A stretch of 64,000 nucleotides of DNA from Bacilli bacterium (GTDB taxonomy: Bacteria; Bacillota_I; Bacilli_A; RF39; UBA660): contig JAFXOW010000003.1 in NCBI GenBank assembly GCA_017528315.1, positions 6,768-70,767 of the forward strand. The letters are read 5' to 3'. The position numbers were made by a program, and so were the translations under genes. The notes beneath the pieces were generated by a model. It saw nothing but the letters and a program-made list of their open reading frames with translations. It was not told the origin of the DNA and did not search any database. Of this stretch, positions 48,078 through 58,492 are shown piece after piece (position 1 is the stretch's first letter; the number at the start of each line of letters is the position of its first letter).

Positions 48078-51000
48078 TTACTTATAACTTGTACTTTCAG
48101 CTATTTTATAGTTTTTTAAATCTTCCAAAGCTTTTGCAAGTTCAACTTGACCTCTTTCATCAATTTCAATATATTCTTCATGAATATCATAATTACTATC
48201 TAAGTAACAATAGAAATCATCACCAACTATTCCTATTATAAAACCATTTTCAAATTCTAAATTAGCAATATAATCATAACTCTTAAATTGAATTGCTTTT
48301 TTAATAGCACTTATTCTTGATGATAATTTAATAAATTGATTAATATCAGTTATTTTTTTAGGTATATCTCTAGCAACAGGATACATCGGTAAATTATTTT
48401 GACTAAAGTTTATTGGTACAATTCCATCTTTAGCAATTGATGAAACAACTACTGCTTTAACATCGATATCTGAATAAACATCAAATAAACCTTTAACACT
48501 CTGTTCACCAATATTAACTGTATCAAGACCAATGGCAGCATATTGAGCATCCATTATAGCATTTTGAATAGGATATGATGAATCTTTAGTTTCTCGAATT
48601 AATTTCTGGCCTACTAATCTAATGGCTTCAACTAATTCTGAATCTAAATAATCATCAGTTAATGAACTTCTTAATTGATTGAAAACAATTGTATTACCAT
48701 TTCTAAATCCTGATGCCCGAGATACATATTCAGAAGTTTCAGCATCTTCAAATCTTAAATGAAAGCCATTAGGATTTTTAAGACAAAAGTTAAATAATTT
48801 TTCGGCATGTCCTCCTATTCTCATACAGGCTCCTGTTCTTTCACCATGAGTCATATTACAAGGATTTGTAAAATTACCAAGAACTGCTCTAATTTTTTTA
48901 CCACTTCCTAATTCAATAATTTCATTAAATGCTGGTATAGTAATTACTTGTCTTTTAAAACATTCAATCATATCATTAGTTGCTTCAATTACTCTTTCAT
49001 TATTTTTAGTTTTATTTTGAGCTGCATTTAAAGGGGGATTGCTTTTTATTAAAGCATAATCAGTATCTCCCAAAATGACCTTATATATTGAACTCATACT
49101 ATCATATATAGAAGTATACCTTAAAATAGTTGCTAAGTTCATTCTACTACTTTTATCATTATTTATTTTTTCTATGATACTTGAAAAATAATTAATAAAT
49201 GATGAGAAAGTACTACTAGATACATCAAACAAATGATTATCCTGTAAATATCTAATCAAACTTTCTGGTAATTTATATAATTTTAAATTATTCATAATTG
49301 CTTGTAATTTATTATATATTTCTATATCATCCAGAACATTTTTTTCTATTAATTCAAAATCTAATTCACATAAAACTTGATAAAAATCCATTGATTCATC
49401 TAAATGATATATTTTCTTAACACTATTATCATTTTTTAATTTATTTAAATAATCTCTCGTCAAAAATCTAGGCAACTTTTTTAAAACTTCTGTAACTTTT
49501 GTTATTAAAATAGGTATAATTTTTTTAATATCATTAAAATCATAAACTAAGTCTTTTATTTCTACTTTTCCTAAATAAAATTTTATAGCTTCTTCAATCT
49601 CATTATTACTATAACCAGTCTCTCTCTCTATTTCTAAAATCACACTATAATATAATCCATCTTTTAAATATTCTTTAACCAATCCTTTCTTTAAAGATGT
49701 CTCTTCAAAATCATATGGTAAATCTAAAACTTCTCCCATATTTATACTATTTTTATATTTACCTCTTTTTTTATCTAAATAATAAATACATATTTGATGA
49801 AGTATATCATAGTTACCACTTACCTTAGCCATTTTTATTAAATTTAATATATATTCTCGAGGATTAATTATTCCCATATGTAATTTATTATTAAAATAAT
49901 TAAGAGCTTGATTATCAATTTCTTCTAGTAATTTGGAAACTATTAATAAATACCTCTCATCATTATTTCTAATATATTCTTCTAATAATTGAAAAATACT
50001 TACATCATCTGGATTATTAATAGCAAATTGAGATTGAACAATTGAATCGAATGATGCTTCTAAATCTTTCATTGTATATTTTACATTGGAAAATAAATTA
50101 ACAAACTTTTCTAATTTAGAATAATCTAAATTTAATACTTTAGTAAATTGTTCATTTCTTAAATATTTTAAAATATTTGAACCAAATTTATTTTTTAATA
50201 AATTTATTTTATTAGTGTCTAAATACATATATTTATCAATATATGGTAATAAAATATCAAATAATTGATCTAAATTTTCTTTTGTATCTAATTCCTCTAT
50301 TTTAGACAATATTATATCAATATATTCTTCATTATTAATAACTATTTGAAATAATTTATTTATTGTATCAAAATCCATTTTTAAAATATTTTCAAAATTT
50401 GTATTAAATAGTTCAAACATAAAATATGAATTACTAGCTATTTTATTTATAAAGTATTCTTTATAATTGGTTATTATTTCATTTAAATCATAATAATTAT
50501 ATAAAATAATATAATAAATAATGTTATCAAAATCTTCGCTTACCAAGAAATCAATAAATTCCCTATTAGGATTATCTTGAACACTTATTTTTAATTTCTC
50601 TTCTTTTATTAATCTTTTTAATGTTTCTTTATTAGAAATTATATTATATAATCCCATAAATTCTAAACAATTAATATCTATGTTATTTTTCGTAATATAA
50701 TTAGATAAGATATCAAAATCTTCTAAAATATTAAAATTATTAGCAACAAATTTATAATGTTTAGTTTCTATTAGTTTTCTTATTAATTTCTCATCATTTT
50801 TAAATTCATAAATATTCATTTTATCTGGTAACCTAGTATTCTCATCTAAAGAATTAAGTATTAACTCTCTTACATAAGATGAATATTTATCAAGTTTAAA
50901 ATATTCAAAATATTCCAAATAAAAATATACTTCTGGTGAATTTTTAAATAATAGTTTTATTATTTTATCACCTTTTTCATCCTTAAGATTAATTATATAA

Positions 51001-51731
51001 TCAAAATCAATTCTATTTATTAATTCATTTTTTAATTCTATTTTCTCTCCATTTTCTAGTCGTTTAATTAAAACATCTATTTCTTCTTCACTAAGTGAAT
51101 CAATAATAATTAATGAATAAATAATATTAGCTTTATTTTTAATAGATGAAAAATATCTTAAATTTTTTCTTTCAATAAATTTTATAGTATATTTATCAAA
51201 AGGAAACTCTTCAATTAATCTCTTAGTAATTATATTATCTTTAACATTATTATCACTATAATTTTGAACATATAAAACTTTTGAAATTGTTTCATATTCA
51301 TTTTGATCCAATAAAGATAATAAGTATTTACCACTTATATTATAATCTTCTTTATTATTTTTTACATAGTCACACATATTTTGAAGAACTTGTAAATCTT
51401 CATCACTAAGCTCTAATACTTCAATATATGGTTTTATTACACTTAAATCTATTAAATTTTCTCTATAAATGGTAAATAATATTGACTTTATTAAAGTATT
51501 TTTAGGCATAATTGTCGACATTTTTTCAAAATCTAAACCATATTTTTCTAATAAAATTATATCTACTACTTCTATTATTTTATCAATATCTTTATTATTA
51601 AATTCAATTAATTCTATAACCTTTATAAGTAAATTTAAATCATTTTTTAATATATAATTTTCTTCACTAGTTAATATATAATTACCATTTGAAATTTTAT
51701 TTATTATTTCTTTTTTCTTTGAATCTATCAT
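48078..51731 (-). CDS. Large hypothetical protein (1217 aa): helical N-terminal region plus a conserved-looking enzyme-like C-terminal domain
   Basis: Long uninterrupted ORF; the Gly/Cys/His/Arg-rich C-terminal block HGERTGACMRIGG...NGFHLRF...SRASGFRNGNT contrasts with the rest. Confidence 0.7.
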   Translation of the reverse strand: MIDSKKKEIINKISNGNYILTSEENYILKNDLNLLIKVIELIEFNNKDIDKIIEVVDIILLEKYGLDFEKMSTIMPKNTLIKSILFTIYRENLIDLSVIKPYIEVLELSDEDLQVLQNMCDYVKNNKEDYNISGKYLLSLLDQNEYETISKVLYVQNYSDNNVKDNIITKRLIEEFPFDKYTIKFIERKNLRYFSSIKNKANIIYSLIIIDSLSEEEIDVLIKRLENGEKIELKNELINRIDFDYIINLKDEKGDKIIKLLFKNSPEVYFYLEYFEYFKLDKYSSYVRELILNSLDENTRLPDKMNIYEFKNDEKLIRKLIETKHYKFVANNFNILEDFDILSNYITKNNIDINCLEFMGLYNIISNKETLKRLIKEEKLKISVQDNPNREFIDFLVSEDFDNIIYYIILYNYYDLNEIITNYKEYFINKIASNSYFMFELFNTNFENILKMDFDTINKLFQIVINNEEYIDIILSKIEELDTKENLDQLFDILLPYIDKYMYLDTNKINLLKNKFGSNILKYLRNEQFTKVLNLDYSKLEKFVNLFSNVKYTMKDLEASFDSIVQSQFAINNPDDVSIFQLLEEYIRNNDERYLLIVSKLLEEIDNQALNYFNNKLHMGIINPREYILNLIKMAKVSGNYDILHQICIYYLDKKRGKYKNSINMGEVLDLPYDFEETSLKKGLVKEYLKDGLYYSVILEIERETGYSNNEIEEAIKFYLGKVEIKDLVYDFNDIKKIIPILITKVTEVLKKLPRFLTRDYLNKLKNDNSVKKIYHLDESMDFYQVLCELDFELIEKNVLDDIEIYNKLQAIMNNLKLYKLPESLIRYLQDNHLFDVSSSTFSSFINYFSSIIEKINNDKSSRMNLATILRYTSIYDSMSSIYKVILGDTDYALIKSNPPLNAAQNKTKNNERVIEATNDMIECFKRQVITIPAFNEIIELGSGKKIRAVLGNFTNPCNMTHGERTGACMRIGGHAEKLFNFCLKNPNGFHLRFEDAETSEYVSRASGFRNGNTIVFNQLRSSLTDDYLDSELVEAIRLVGQKLIRETKDSSYPIQNAIMDAQYAAIGLDTVNIGEQSVKGLFDVYSDIDVKAVVVSSIAKDGIVPINFSQNNLPMYPVARDIPKKITDINQFIKLSSRISAIKKAIQFKSYDYIANLEFENGFIIGIVGDDFYCYLDSNYDIHEEYIEIDERGQVELAKALEDLKNYKIAESTSYK

Positions 51732-51733
51732 AA

Positions 51734-51994
51734 TTAATCCTCTTTTATAACTGATTTAAAATATTTTTTTATATTATTTTTATTATTTTCATCATCTAAA
51801 TAATTTTCAAATTTTTTAACAAAATATGCTCTTTTAACATTTTCAACTTTTTCTGGTCTAAATATAACCAAATCATTAACATTAACTTTCGTATTAATAT
51901 CTTTTTCTAAAAATAAATATTTATCTCCTTCACTAGTTACTATAAGACCTTGGTTATCTTCATATTTAATTACTTTTCCAATATTAAAATACAT
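51734..51994 (-). CDS. Small cold-shock-like OB-fold protein
   Basis: GKVIKY....GLIVT..GDKYLF...D.......DLVIF pattern resembles cold-shock domain strands. Confidence 0.5.
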   Translation of the reverse strand: MYFNIGKVIKYEDNQGLIVTSEGDKYLFLEKDINTKVNVNDLVIFRPEKVENVKRAYFVKKFENYLDDENNKNNIKKYFKSVIKED

Positions 51995-52080
51995 ATTAAC
52001 ACATCCTATTCTATATAAATAGTAACATAAAATATAATGATAGTAAAGTATATAAAAAAGAATTTAGATTTCTCTAAACT

Positions 52081-54171
52081 CTATTTTATTATAAGCTCAT
52101 TATTTTGATAATCAAATGTTACGGTTTCACCGTAATGAACTTCTCCTTCAATTAATTTATTTGCAAGAATAGTTTCTAAAGTTCTTGAAACAACTCTTTT
52201 TAATGGTCTTGCTCCATAATTAACATCATATCCTATATCAACTAAATAATCACGAGCACTATCAGTTAATTTTAATTTTATATTTTTATCAATTAAACGT
52301 AATTCTATTTCATGAACAATTTTATCAAGAACTTGATATATTACTTCTTTTGTTAAAGGTTTAAAAACAATTATTTCATCAATACGATTTATAAACTCAG
52401 GTCTAAATGTACTTTCAAGTTCTTTCATAACCAAATCATTTTTACCTTCAAGAGCATATTCGCTTCCTAAATTACTAGTCATGATAATTATAGTATTTTT
52501 AAAATCAACTGTACGCCCATTCGAGTCAGTTATACGTCCATCATCAAGTATTTGTAAAAGTAAATTTAATACTTCTGGTTGAGCTTTTTCTATTTCATCA
52601 AATAAAACTATACTATATGGATTGCGTCTTACAGCTTCCGTTAATTCTCCACCTTCTTCATAGCCAACATAGCCTGGTGGTGAACCAATAAGACGGGATA
52701 CACTAAACTTTTCCATATATTCACTCATATCAATTCTTACCATATGACTCTTATCATCAAATAGTTCATAGGCCAGAGTCTTTGCTACCTCTGTTTTACC
52801 AACTCCGGTTGGTCCTAAGAAAATGAATGAACCAATTGGTCGATTTGGATCTTTAATACCACTTCGACTTTTAATTATACATTCACTTACTAATTTTAAA
52901 GCTTCATCTTGTCCCATAACATTTTTCTTCATATTGGAATATAAATTTAATAATTTTTCTTTCTCACTTGAAACCAACTTAGTTAAAGGAATATTCGTAA
53001 GTTTTGATATAACATAAGCAATATCTTCTTCATTTACAGTATCACTTAATATTCTATTTTTTTCTTTATTATTTAACTCTTCTAACTCTTTTTCAAGTCT
53101 TGGAATCTCTCCATGTCTAAATCTCGCTGCCGTTTCTAAATCATATCTATTTTCGGCTTGACTAAGTGTAAATTTAGCATCTTCTAAATCTCGTCTTTTC
53201 TTCTTTATTTCATCATTTATTTGTTTTTCATTATTCCAAGCTTCTTTTAATTCTTTTTCTTTGCCTTTTAAATTAACTAATTCTTTATCAATAGCATCTA
53301 ATCTATTCTTTGATAACTCATCTTTTTCACGAATAATAGCTTGTCTTTCTATTTCAAGTGATAAAATATTGCGAGTTACTTGGTCGAGTTCAATTGGAAC
53401 AGAATCCATTTGCACACGAATTGTAGCACAGGCTTCATCTACTAAATCAATAGCCTTATCTGGTAAGTATCTATCAGTTATATAACGATTTGATAAAGTA
53501 GCTGCTGCAATTATCGCTTTATCTGTTATAGATACACCATGATGTATTTCAAATCTTTCTTTTAAACCACGAAGTATTGTAATAGTATCTTCAACAGTTG
53601 GCTCTGATACTTTTATTTTTTGAAAACGTCTTTCTAATGCTCCATCTTTTTCAATATACTTACGATATTCATTCAAAGTTGTTGCACCTATTACATGAAT
53701 TTCTCCACGAGCAAGCATTGGCTTTAATATATTAGATGTATCCATTGCTCCTTCTTGACCGTTTCCAACTATCATGTGTATTTCATCAATAAACATGATA
53801 ATATTACCCTCTGATTTTTTAATTTCATTCAAAACATTTTTTAATCTTTCTTCAAACTCTCCTCGATACTTAGCTCCAGCAACTAAACTAGCTAAATCCA
53901 ACTCCCATATCTTCTTATCTTTAAGACTATTCGGAACATCTCCTGATATTATACGATTAGCAAGTCCTTCAACTATAGCCGTTTTTCCAACACCAGGTTC
54001 TCCTATAAGTACGGGATTATTTTTGGTCTTTCTTGATAAAATACGAGTAATTCCCCTTATTTCTTCGTCACGTCCTATAACTGGATCAATTTTACCATTT
54101 TTAGCATCAAGTGTTATATCACGTCCATATTTTTCAAGAACATTTTCTTCTTTTTCTTGATTATTATACAT
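52081..54171 (-). CDS. clpB: ClpB chaperone lacking the N-terminal domain
   Basis: Begins at [15 protein letters not shown], coiled-coil M domain, [23 protein letters not shown]. Confidence 0.93.
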   Translation of the reverse strand: MYNNQEKEENVLEKYGRDITLDAKNGKIDPVIGRDEEIRGITRILSRKTKNNPVLIGEPGVGKTAIVEGLANRIISGDVPNSLKDKKIWELDLASLVAGAKYRGEFEERLKNVLNEIKKSEGNIIMFIDEIHMIVGNGQEGAMDTSNILKPMLARGEIHVIGATTLNEYRKYIEKDGALERRFQKIKVSEPTVEDTITILRGLKERFEIHHGVSITDKAIIAAATLSNRYITDRYLPDKAIDLVDEACATIRVQMDSVPIELDQVTRNILSLEIERQAIIREKDELSKNRLDAIDKELVNLKGKEKELKEAWNNEKQINDEIKKKRRDLEDAKFTLSQAENRYDLETAARFRHGEIPRLEKELEELNNKEKNRILSDTVNEEDIAYVISKLTNIPLTKLVSSEKEKLLNLYSNMKKNVMGQDEALKLVSECIIKSRSGIKDPNRPIGSFIFLGPTGVGKTEVAKTLAYELFDDKSHMVRIDMSEYMEKFSVSRLIGSPPGYVGYEEGGELTEAVRRNPYSIVLFDEIEKAQPEVLNLLLQILDDGRITDSNGRTVDFKNTIIIMTSNLGSEYALEGKNDLVMKELESTFRPEFINRIDEIIVFKPLTKEVIYQVLDKIVHEIELRLIDKNIKLKLTDSARDYLVDIGYDVNYGARPLKRVVSRTLETILANKLIEGEVHYGETVTFDYQNNELIIK

Positions 54172-54208
54172 TGCTATCTCCCCTTTCAGTTATTATTATA
54201 CTCAGAAA

Positions 54209-54235
54209 TTAGCACTTGTCAAGTGCGAGTGCTAA
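54209..54235. promoter_or_regulatory. CIRCE (HrcA operator) overlapping the clpB -35 box
   Basis: TTAGCACTT-N9-GAGTGCTAA, one mismatch to consensus. The minus-strand TTGACA lies within it, with TATAAT 16 bp downstream. Confidence 0.9.
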
Positions 54236-54261
54236 TTATATCTAAAAAAGAAAAATTAATT

Positions 54262-54648
54262 TTATCTTACTATCGTAGGCTTTAACCATGAGAATATAGA
54301 AATATTTCTCATTATTGTAAAAGCAATTACTAAGCCTAATAAAATTAACCAATCTCTATCTTTAATTTTATAATATTTTTTATGTTTAATCTTACAAATA
54401 ATATAATATATTAAATAAATAATTCCAATTATTAATAAACAAAACATAAATGGATTAAATCTAAATGCTTGATATAAATCTAATTCAAATAAACTCTTAA
54501 ACATACGTGTTGATCCACACCCAGCACAATCAATATTAAAATTTGTTTTCCAAGGACATGGCACTTCAAATATCAAAACTATTCCTAAATTAATTATTCC
54601 AAGAATAATTATTATTAAATTTAAATGTCTATTTAAAAACTTATTCAT
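54262..54648 (-). CDS. DUF2752 membrane protein
   Basis: PCPWK....CAGCGSTR....L...A.RFNP. Confidence 0.88.
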   Translation of the reverse strand: MNKFLNRHLNLIIIILGIINLGIVLIFEVPCPWKTNFNIDCAGCGSTRMFKSLFELDLYQAFRFNPFMFCLLIIGIIYLIYYIICKIKHKKYYKIKDRDWLILLGLVIAFTIMRNISIFSWLKPTIVR

Positions 54649-55045
54649 TAGGTATATTTAATTTATCCATTATATTATTAACTATTTCTTGATTATGAGC
54701 AGGATACATTAAATTATAGAAAAGTTGAACTACTCCTATAACTGAAAAAATAATTCCAACTATAGCCATCCATTTTCTCTCACTAGAAATTTTTCCATCT
54801 TTCATATCTTTTAATGATGTAATTGATAAAATTAAACCAGGAATTGCAACATAAGTACAACAAAGAGCTCCAATTACAGAACAAACAAGAGCTGTTACTG
54901 TATTATCCTTCACTTGAGCTTTATTGCTTGAATTATCAACAACTGTTCCATTTACTACTTCTTTTTTATCCACTTTAGCACCACAATTTGGACAATATTC
55001 TGCATTGCTATCTAACTTTCCCCCACAATGTTCACAATATTTCAT
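54641..55045 (-). CDS. Zinc-ribbon membrane protein (DUF4190/CD225-like)
   Basis: CEHCG...CPNCG plus two TM segments with CC. Confidence 0.75.
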   Translation of the reverse strand: MKYCEHCGGKLDSNAEYCPNCGAKVDKKEVVNGTVVDNSSNKAQVKDNTVTALVCSVIGALCCTYVAIPGLILSITSLKDMKDGKISSERKWMAIVGIIFSVIGVVQLFYNLMYPAHNQEIVNNIMDKLNIPNE

Positions 55046-55126
55046 AAAACATACTTCTCCTTCTCTATAATTAGATTATCATAAAATATTAAAAATTACA
55101 ATTATAATTATAAATATTTAAAAGAA

Positions 55127-55645
55127 TTACTTTAATAGATATTTATCAAGTAATTCTTTAACAAAAAATTTATATTCTACATCACTTGTAGTATCATTTT
55201 CATCAAGTAAACATAAAGGAGGAAACAATACACACCAAAAGTTATCACCCATACCTTTTCCTAAAGTAATAACAATTGATTCATAATTACCTTCATCATA
55301 TATTATTCCTTTATAAACTTTCTCTGGAAAATAATTATTACCAAATTTAACACTATAATTTAAATTTGTTGATTCATTTACTATATTATTTATATTATCA
55401 AGATTATCATTTATTATTTTCCGAGCTGTATCTAGATCATTTATTCCCTTAAGTAAAGAATAAATCTTTTTTTCCACATTTTTTCTTACTTTAGTTTTTA
55501 GAATTAAATCTTCCTCTAAATTACTATTGGATATAACTCTTATTCTAATTGATTCCTTTGGTATAATAATACTTTCTTGTTTTTCATATACTAGCATTAT
55601 AATTATAAAAGCTATAATTACTAAAATAATTGTTTTTGTTTTCAA
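55127..55645 (-). CDS. spoIIR: Stage II sporulation protein R
   Basis: IRIRVISNSN, FPEKVY, G.GDNFWCVLFPPLC; downstream of prfA-prmC as in Bacillus. Confidence 0.92.
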   Translation of the reverse strand: MKTKTIILVIIAFIIIMLVYEKQESIIIPKESIRIRVISNSNLEEDLILKTKVRKNVEKKIYSLLKGINDLDTARKIINDNLDNINNIVNESTNLNYSVKFGNNYFPEKVYKGIIYDEGNYESIVITLGKGMGDNFWCVLFPPLCLLDENDTTSDVEYKFFVKELLDKYLLK

Positions 55646-55688
55646 AATAAATCACCCATCACTTTCATAATGGGTGTTTTTTAAAATT

Positions 55689-56534
55689 TTATTCACTTAT
55701 ATCTATATTTTTAAATATAAATACCATTCTATCACGTCCTGCCATATCAGATTTGGTAATTACTTTTATATTCTTTAAATACTTATTAATTAAAGCTAAT
55801 ACTTTATCTTTTTGACTTTCTCCAATTTCAAAAGCAATTAAATATTTATCATTTAAATATTTTTCACATTGCAAAATAATTCTTTCATAAAACTCTAATC
55901 CATCTTCTCCACCATATAAAGCCATATGAGGTTCATTATTCTTTACTACTTCATCTACTATATCACTAGAAGCAATATAAGGTGGATTAGATATAATAAT
56001 ATCAAATTTAGAATCTATATTAAAAAACAAATCTGATTCTACTATTTTTACATCTAACTTAAGATTATTTCTATTAATATCACATACTTCTAAAGCATAA
56101 GGAGATAAATCACTTAAAACAACTTCTAAATTATTATTTAAATGCTTTAAAGTAAGACCAATTGATCCAGAACCACAGCAAAGGTCCAGTACTTTAGCAT
56201 TTTTATCAAAATATTTTCTTATATAATTACTAGTATTATAAACAAGTTCTTCCGTTTCAAATCTTGGAATTAAAACTCTTTCATCAACATAAAAATCTAA
56301 TCCATAAAAATTTACATTATTTAAAGCATACTGAATAGGTTTACCATTTTTAATATTCTCTAAACATCTTTTAAATTTATTTTCTAAATTCGCAGTAACT
56401 ATATCTTCTAAATGAAAATTAAGTTCTAAAGGATTTAAATTTAAAATGGTTCCTAAAACTAATTTAGTTTGATCTTTATGTAATACTTTATTTCCTTCAT
56501 CAATTAAATCTTTAATCTTCACTATTAACCTCAA
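55689..56534 (-). CDS. prmC: Release factor glutamine methyltransferase
   Basis: PIQY, VLIPRFETEEL, DLCCGSG, SNPPY. Confidence 0.95.
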   Translation of the reverse strand: MRLIVKIKDLIDEGNKVLHKDQTKLVLGTILNLNPLELNFHLEDIVTANLENKFKRCLENIKNGKPIQYALNNVNFYGLDFYVDERVLIPRFETEELVYNTSNYIRKYFDKNAKVLDLCCGSGSIGLTLKHLNNNLEVVLSDLSPYALEVCDINRNNLKLDVKIVESDLFFNIDSKFDIIISNPPYIASSDIVDEVVKNNEPHMALYGGEDGLEFYERIILQCEKYLNDKYLIAFEIGESQKDKVLALINKYLKNIKVITKSDMAGRDRMVFIFKNIDISE

Positions 56535-57579
56535 GTTTTCGTTTTTGATCTTCAGTAATTAAAGCTTCAATTATTTCGTCTAATTCTCCTTCCATAACTC
56601 TATCTAATTGTTTAGTTGTAAAACCTATTCTATGGTCGGTTACTCGATTTTGAGGATAATTATAAGTTCTTATTTTTTCACTTCTATCCCCTGTTCCAAT
56701 CTTGCTCTTTCTTTCTGCTCCAGCTTTTTCTTCTTCAATACTTTGATAATAATCATATACCCTACTTTTTAATATTTGATAAGCATTTTCTCTATTTTGA
56801 ATTTGACTTCTTTGAGTTTGACTAAAGACCGTAATTCCTGTTGGAATATGAGTCATACGAACAGCACTTTCAGTTCGATTTACATGTTGTCCTCCGGCAC
56901 CACTACTACGAGTTATATCAATTCTAATATCACTTTCTTTTAAATCAATATCAAAATCATCAGCTTCAGGCATAACTAAAACCGTAGCAGTTGACGTTTG
57001 AATACGTCCATTAGCTTCTGTTACAGGTACTCTTTGAACTCTATGAGATCCACTTTCATATTTTAAAAACGAATAAACATTTTTACCTTTAATCATAAAT
57101 TCAATAAGGGTAAATCCGCCGCTAGCTCCATCAATTGAATTTAAAACATCTATTTGAAAGCCTTTCTTTAGAGCATATTTTTCATACATTCTATATAAGT
57201 CACCAGCAAAGATATTCCCCTCATCTCCACCAGCTGCTCCTCTTATCTCAACAATAACATTTTTAGTATCGTTTTTATCTTTTGGTATCAATAATATTTC
57301 AAGCTCTTTATCTAACTCTTCTTTTTCTTTAGTTAATCTCTCAAGTTCTTCTTCAGCAAATTCTTTTAAATCTACTTCTTTAACCATTACTTTAGCTTCT
57401 TCTAGATCTCTTAACACTCTCTTATACTTATGATAACAATTAACTACATCTTCTAAATTACTAGCTTCAATTGATAATTCTCTTGATTTTTTTATATCAC
57501 TTACTACTTCAGGTTTCATCAATTCTTCTTGAATTTCATTATACTTCTTTTCTGTTAATTCTAATCTTTCTATCATCAT
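56512..57579 (-). CDS. prfA: Peptide chain release factor 1
   Basis: HRVQRVPVTE (PxT motif), GAGGQHVN, RTYNYPQ.RVTDHR. Confidence 0.98.
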   Translation of the reverse strand: MMIERLELTEKKYNEIQEELMKPEVVSDIKKSRELSIEASNLEDVVNCYHKYKRVLRDLEEAKVMVKEVDLKEFAEEELERLTKEKEELDKELEILLIPKDKNDTKNVIVEIRGAAGGDEGNIFAGDLYRMYEKYALKKGFQIDVLNSIDGASGGFTLIEFMIKGKNVYSFLKYESGSHRVQRVPVTEANGRIQTSTATVLVMPEADDFDIDLKESDIRIDITRSSGAGGQHVNRTESAVRMTHIPTGITVFSQTQRSQIQNRENAYQILKSRVYDYYQSIEEEKAGAERKSKIGTGDRSEKIRTYNYPQNRVTDHRIGFTTKQLDRVMEGELDEIIEALITEDQKRKLEVNSED

Positions 57580-57587
57580 ATCACCTA

Positions 57588-58028
57588 TTAATTTAAATCT
57601 TCTTCATCAATAACTACTAAATCCGATAAATCATCATCATCGGTATCATCAAAATCGGCATCAACTGAAGAATCATCAGTATACTCATCACCATATTCAT
57701 CTTCTACTAAATCTTCATCATCACGAATTTCTACATCCTCTTCTTCCTCTTCTTCTATTTCTTCATCAACAATTATCTTATCAGATGTATGTCTCTTTCT
57801 TAAATCCCAAACACCATCTACTAAAATAAATCTTTTATCAGTTGCAAGTGATGTATAAAAATCAGCTATTTTATTTTCTATAGTTTCAACTGACAACTCA
57901 AGTAAATTTACAATTCTAGTAAATAAATCAAGAGTATTAATTCCATTTTTTTCTCTTTCTAAAATTAAAAAAGCAATATCTTTATAAGATAAATTTTCTA
58001 TATCCTCATGTTTTAATTCTTTTTTCAT
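57588..58028 (-). CDS. rpoE: DNA-directed RNA polymerase delta subunit
   Basis: FYTSL..DKRF....WDLR plus a highly acidic tail. Confidence 0.92.
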   Translation of the reverse strand: MKKELKHEDIENLSYKDIAFLILEREKNGINTLDLFTRIVNLLELSVETIENKIADFYTSLATDKRFILVDGVWDLRKRHTSDKIIVDEEIEEEEEEDVEIRDDEDLVEDEYGDEYTDDSSVDADFDDTDDDDLSDLVVIDEEDLN

Positions 58029-58044
58029 AACTTTCCTCCAACTT

Positions 58045-58383
58045 TCATTTATTAATATTTATTTCTAATTCAAAGTAATCATTTTCAATTTTATATTTAA
58101 CTTTAAAATAATTCCCTTTTATATCTACATCTATAACATCTAATTCTAGATTAAATTTTAATTCTTATTCTTCAATATAACTAATTTTATTTATAAAATC
58201 AAATATAATTTTATAATTATTATTTTCTCTTTCAATCCTTTTATTTTTAAAATCTATAATCATTAAAGCATCTTCATCTTTATACTTTAATTTATCATTA
58301 TTATAAATTCCTTTTATATTGTATTCTTTTTTTTCATTTCTTAAACAAGTTTTTACTAATAAATTTACTTTTATTCTAATCAC
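58045..58383 (-). pseudogene. DUF1934-like beta-rich protein interrupted by one in-frame TAA (58165-58167)
   Basis: The frame continues past the TAA: ISYIEE*ELKFNLELDVIDVDIKGNYFKVKYKIENDYFELEININK to a TGA at 58045, just before rpoE. The family call rests mainly on position and composition. Confidence 0.55.
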
Positions 58384-58492
58384 TCACTTAAAAAGTGCTA
58401 AACAACACATTTCAGCAAGCATTATATCACAAATAAATAATTTTTAACACATATTTTTATATTTTTTTGAAATAATAAAATTAGGTGATATC

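Noticed and set aside
2635..54160. Many short ORFs in the track lying antisense or out of frame within long genes (e.g. 2635-2928, 6542-7081, 31692-32132, 53774-54160)
   Set aside because: They are shadow ORFs of well-supported genes, with no RBS and no recognisable motifs.
58392..58401. AAGTGCTAA half-CIRCE upstream of the DUF1934-like gene
   Set aside because: There is no matching half-site at 9-bp spacing and no heat-shock gene downstream.
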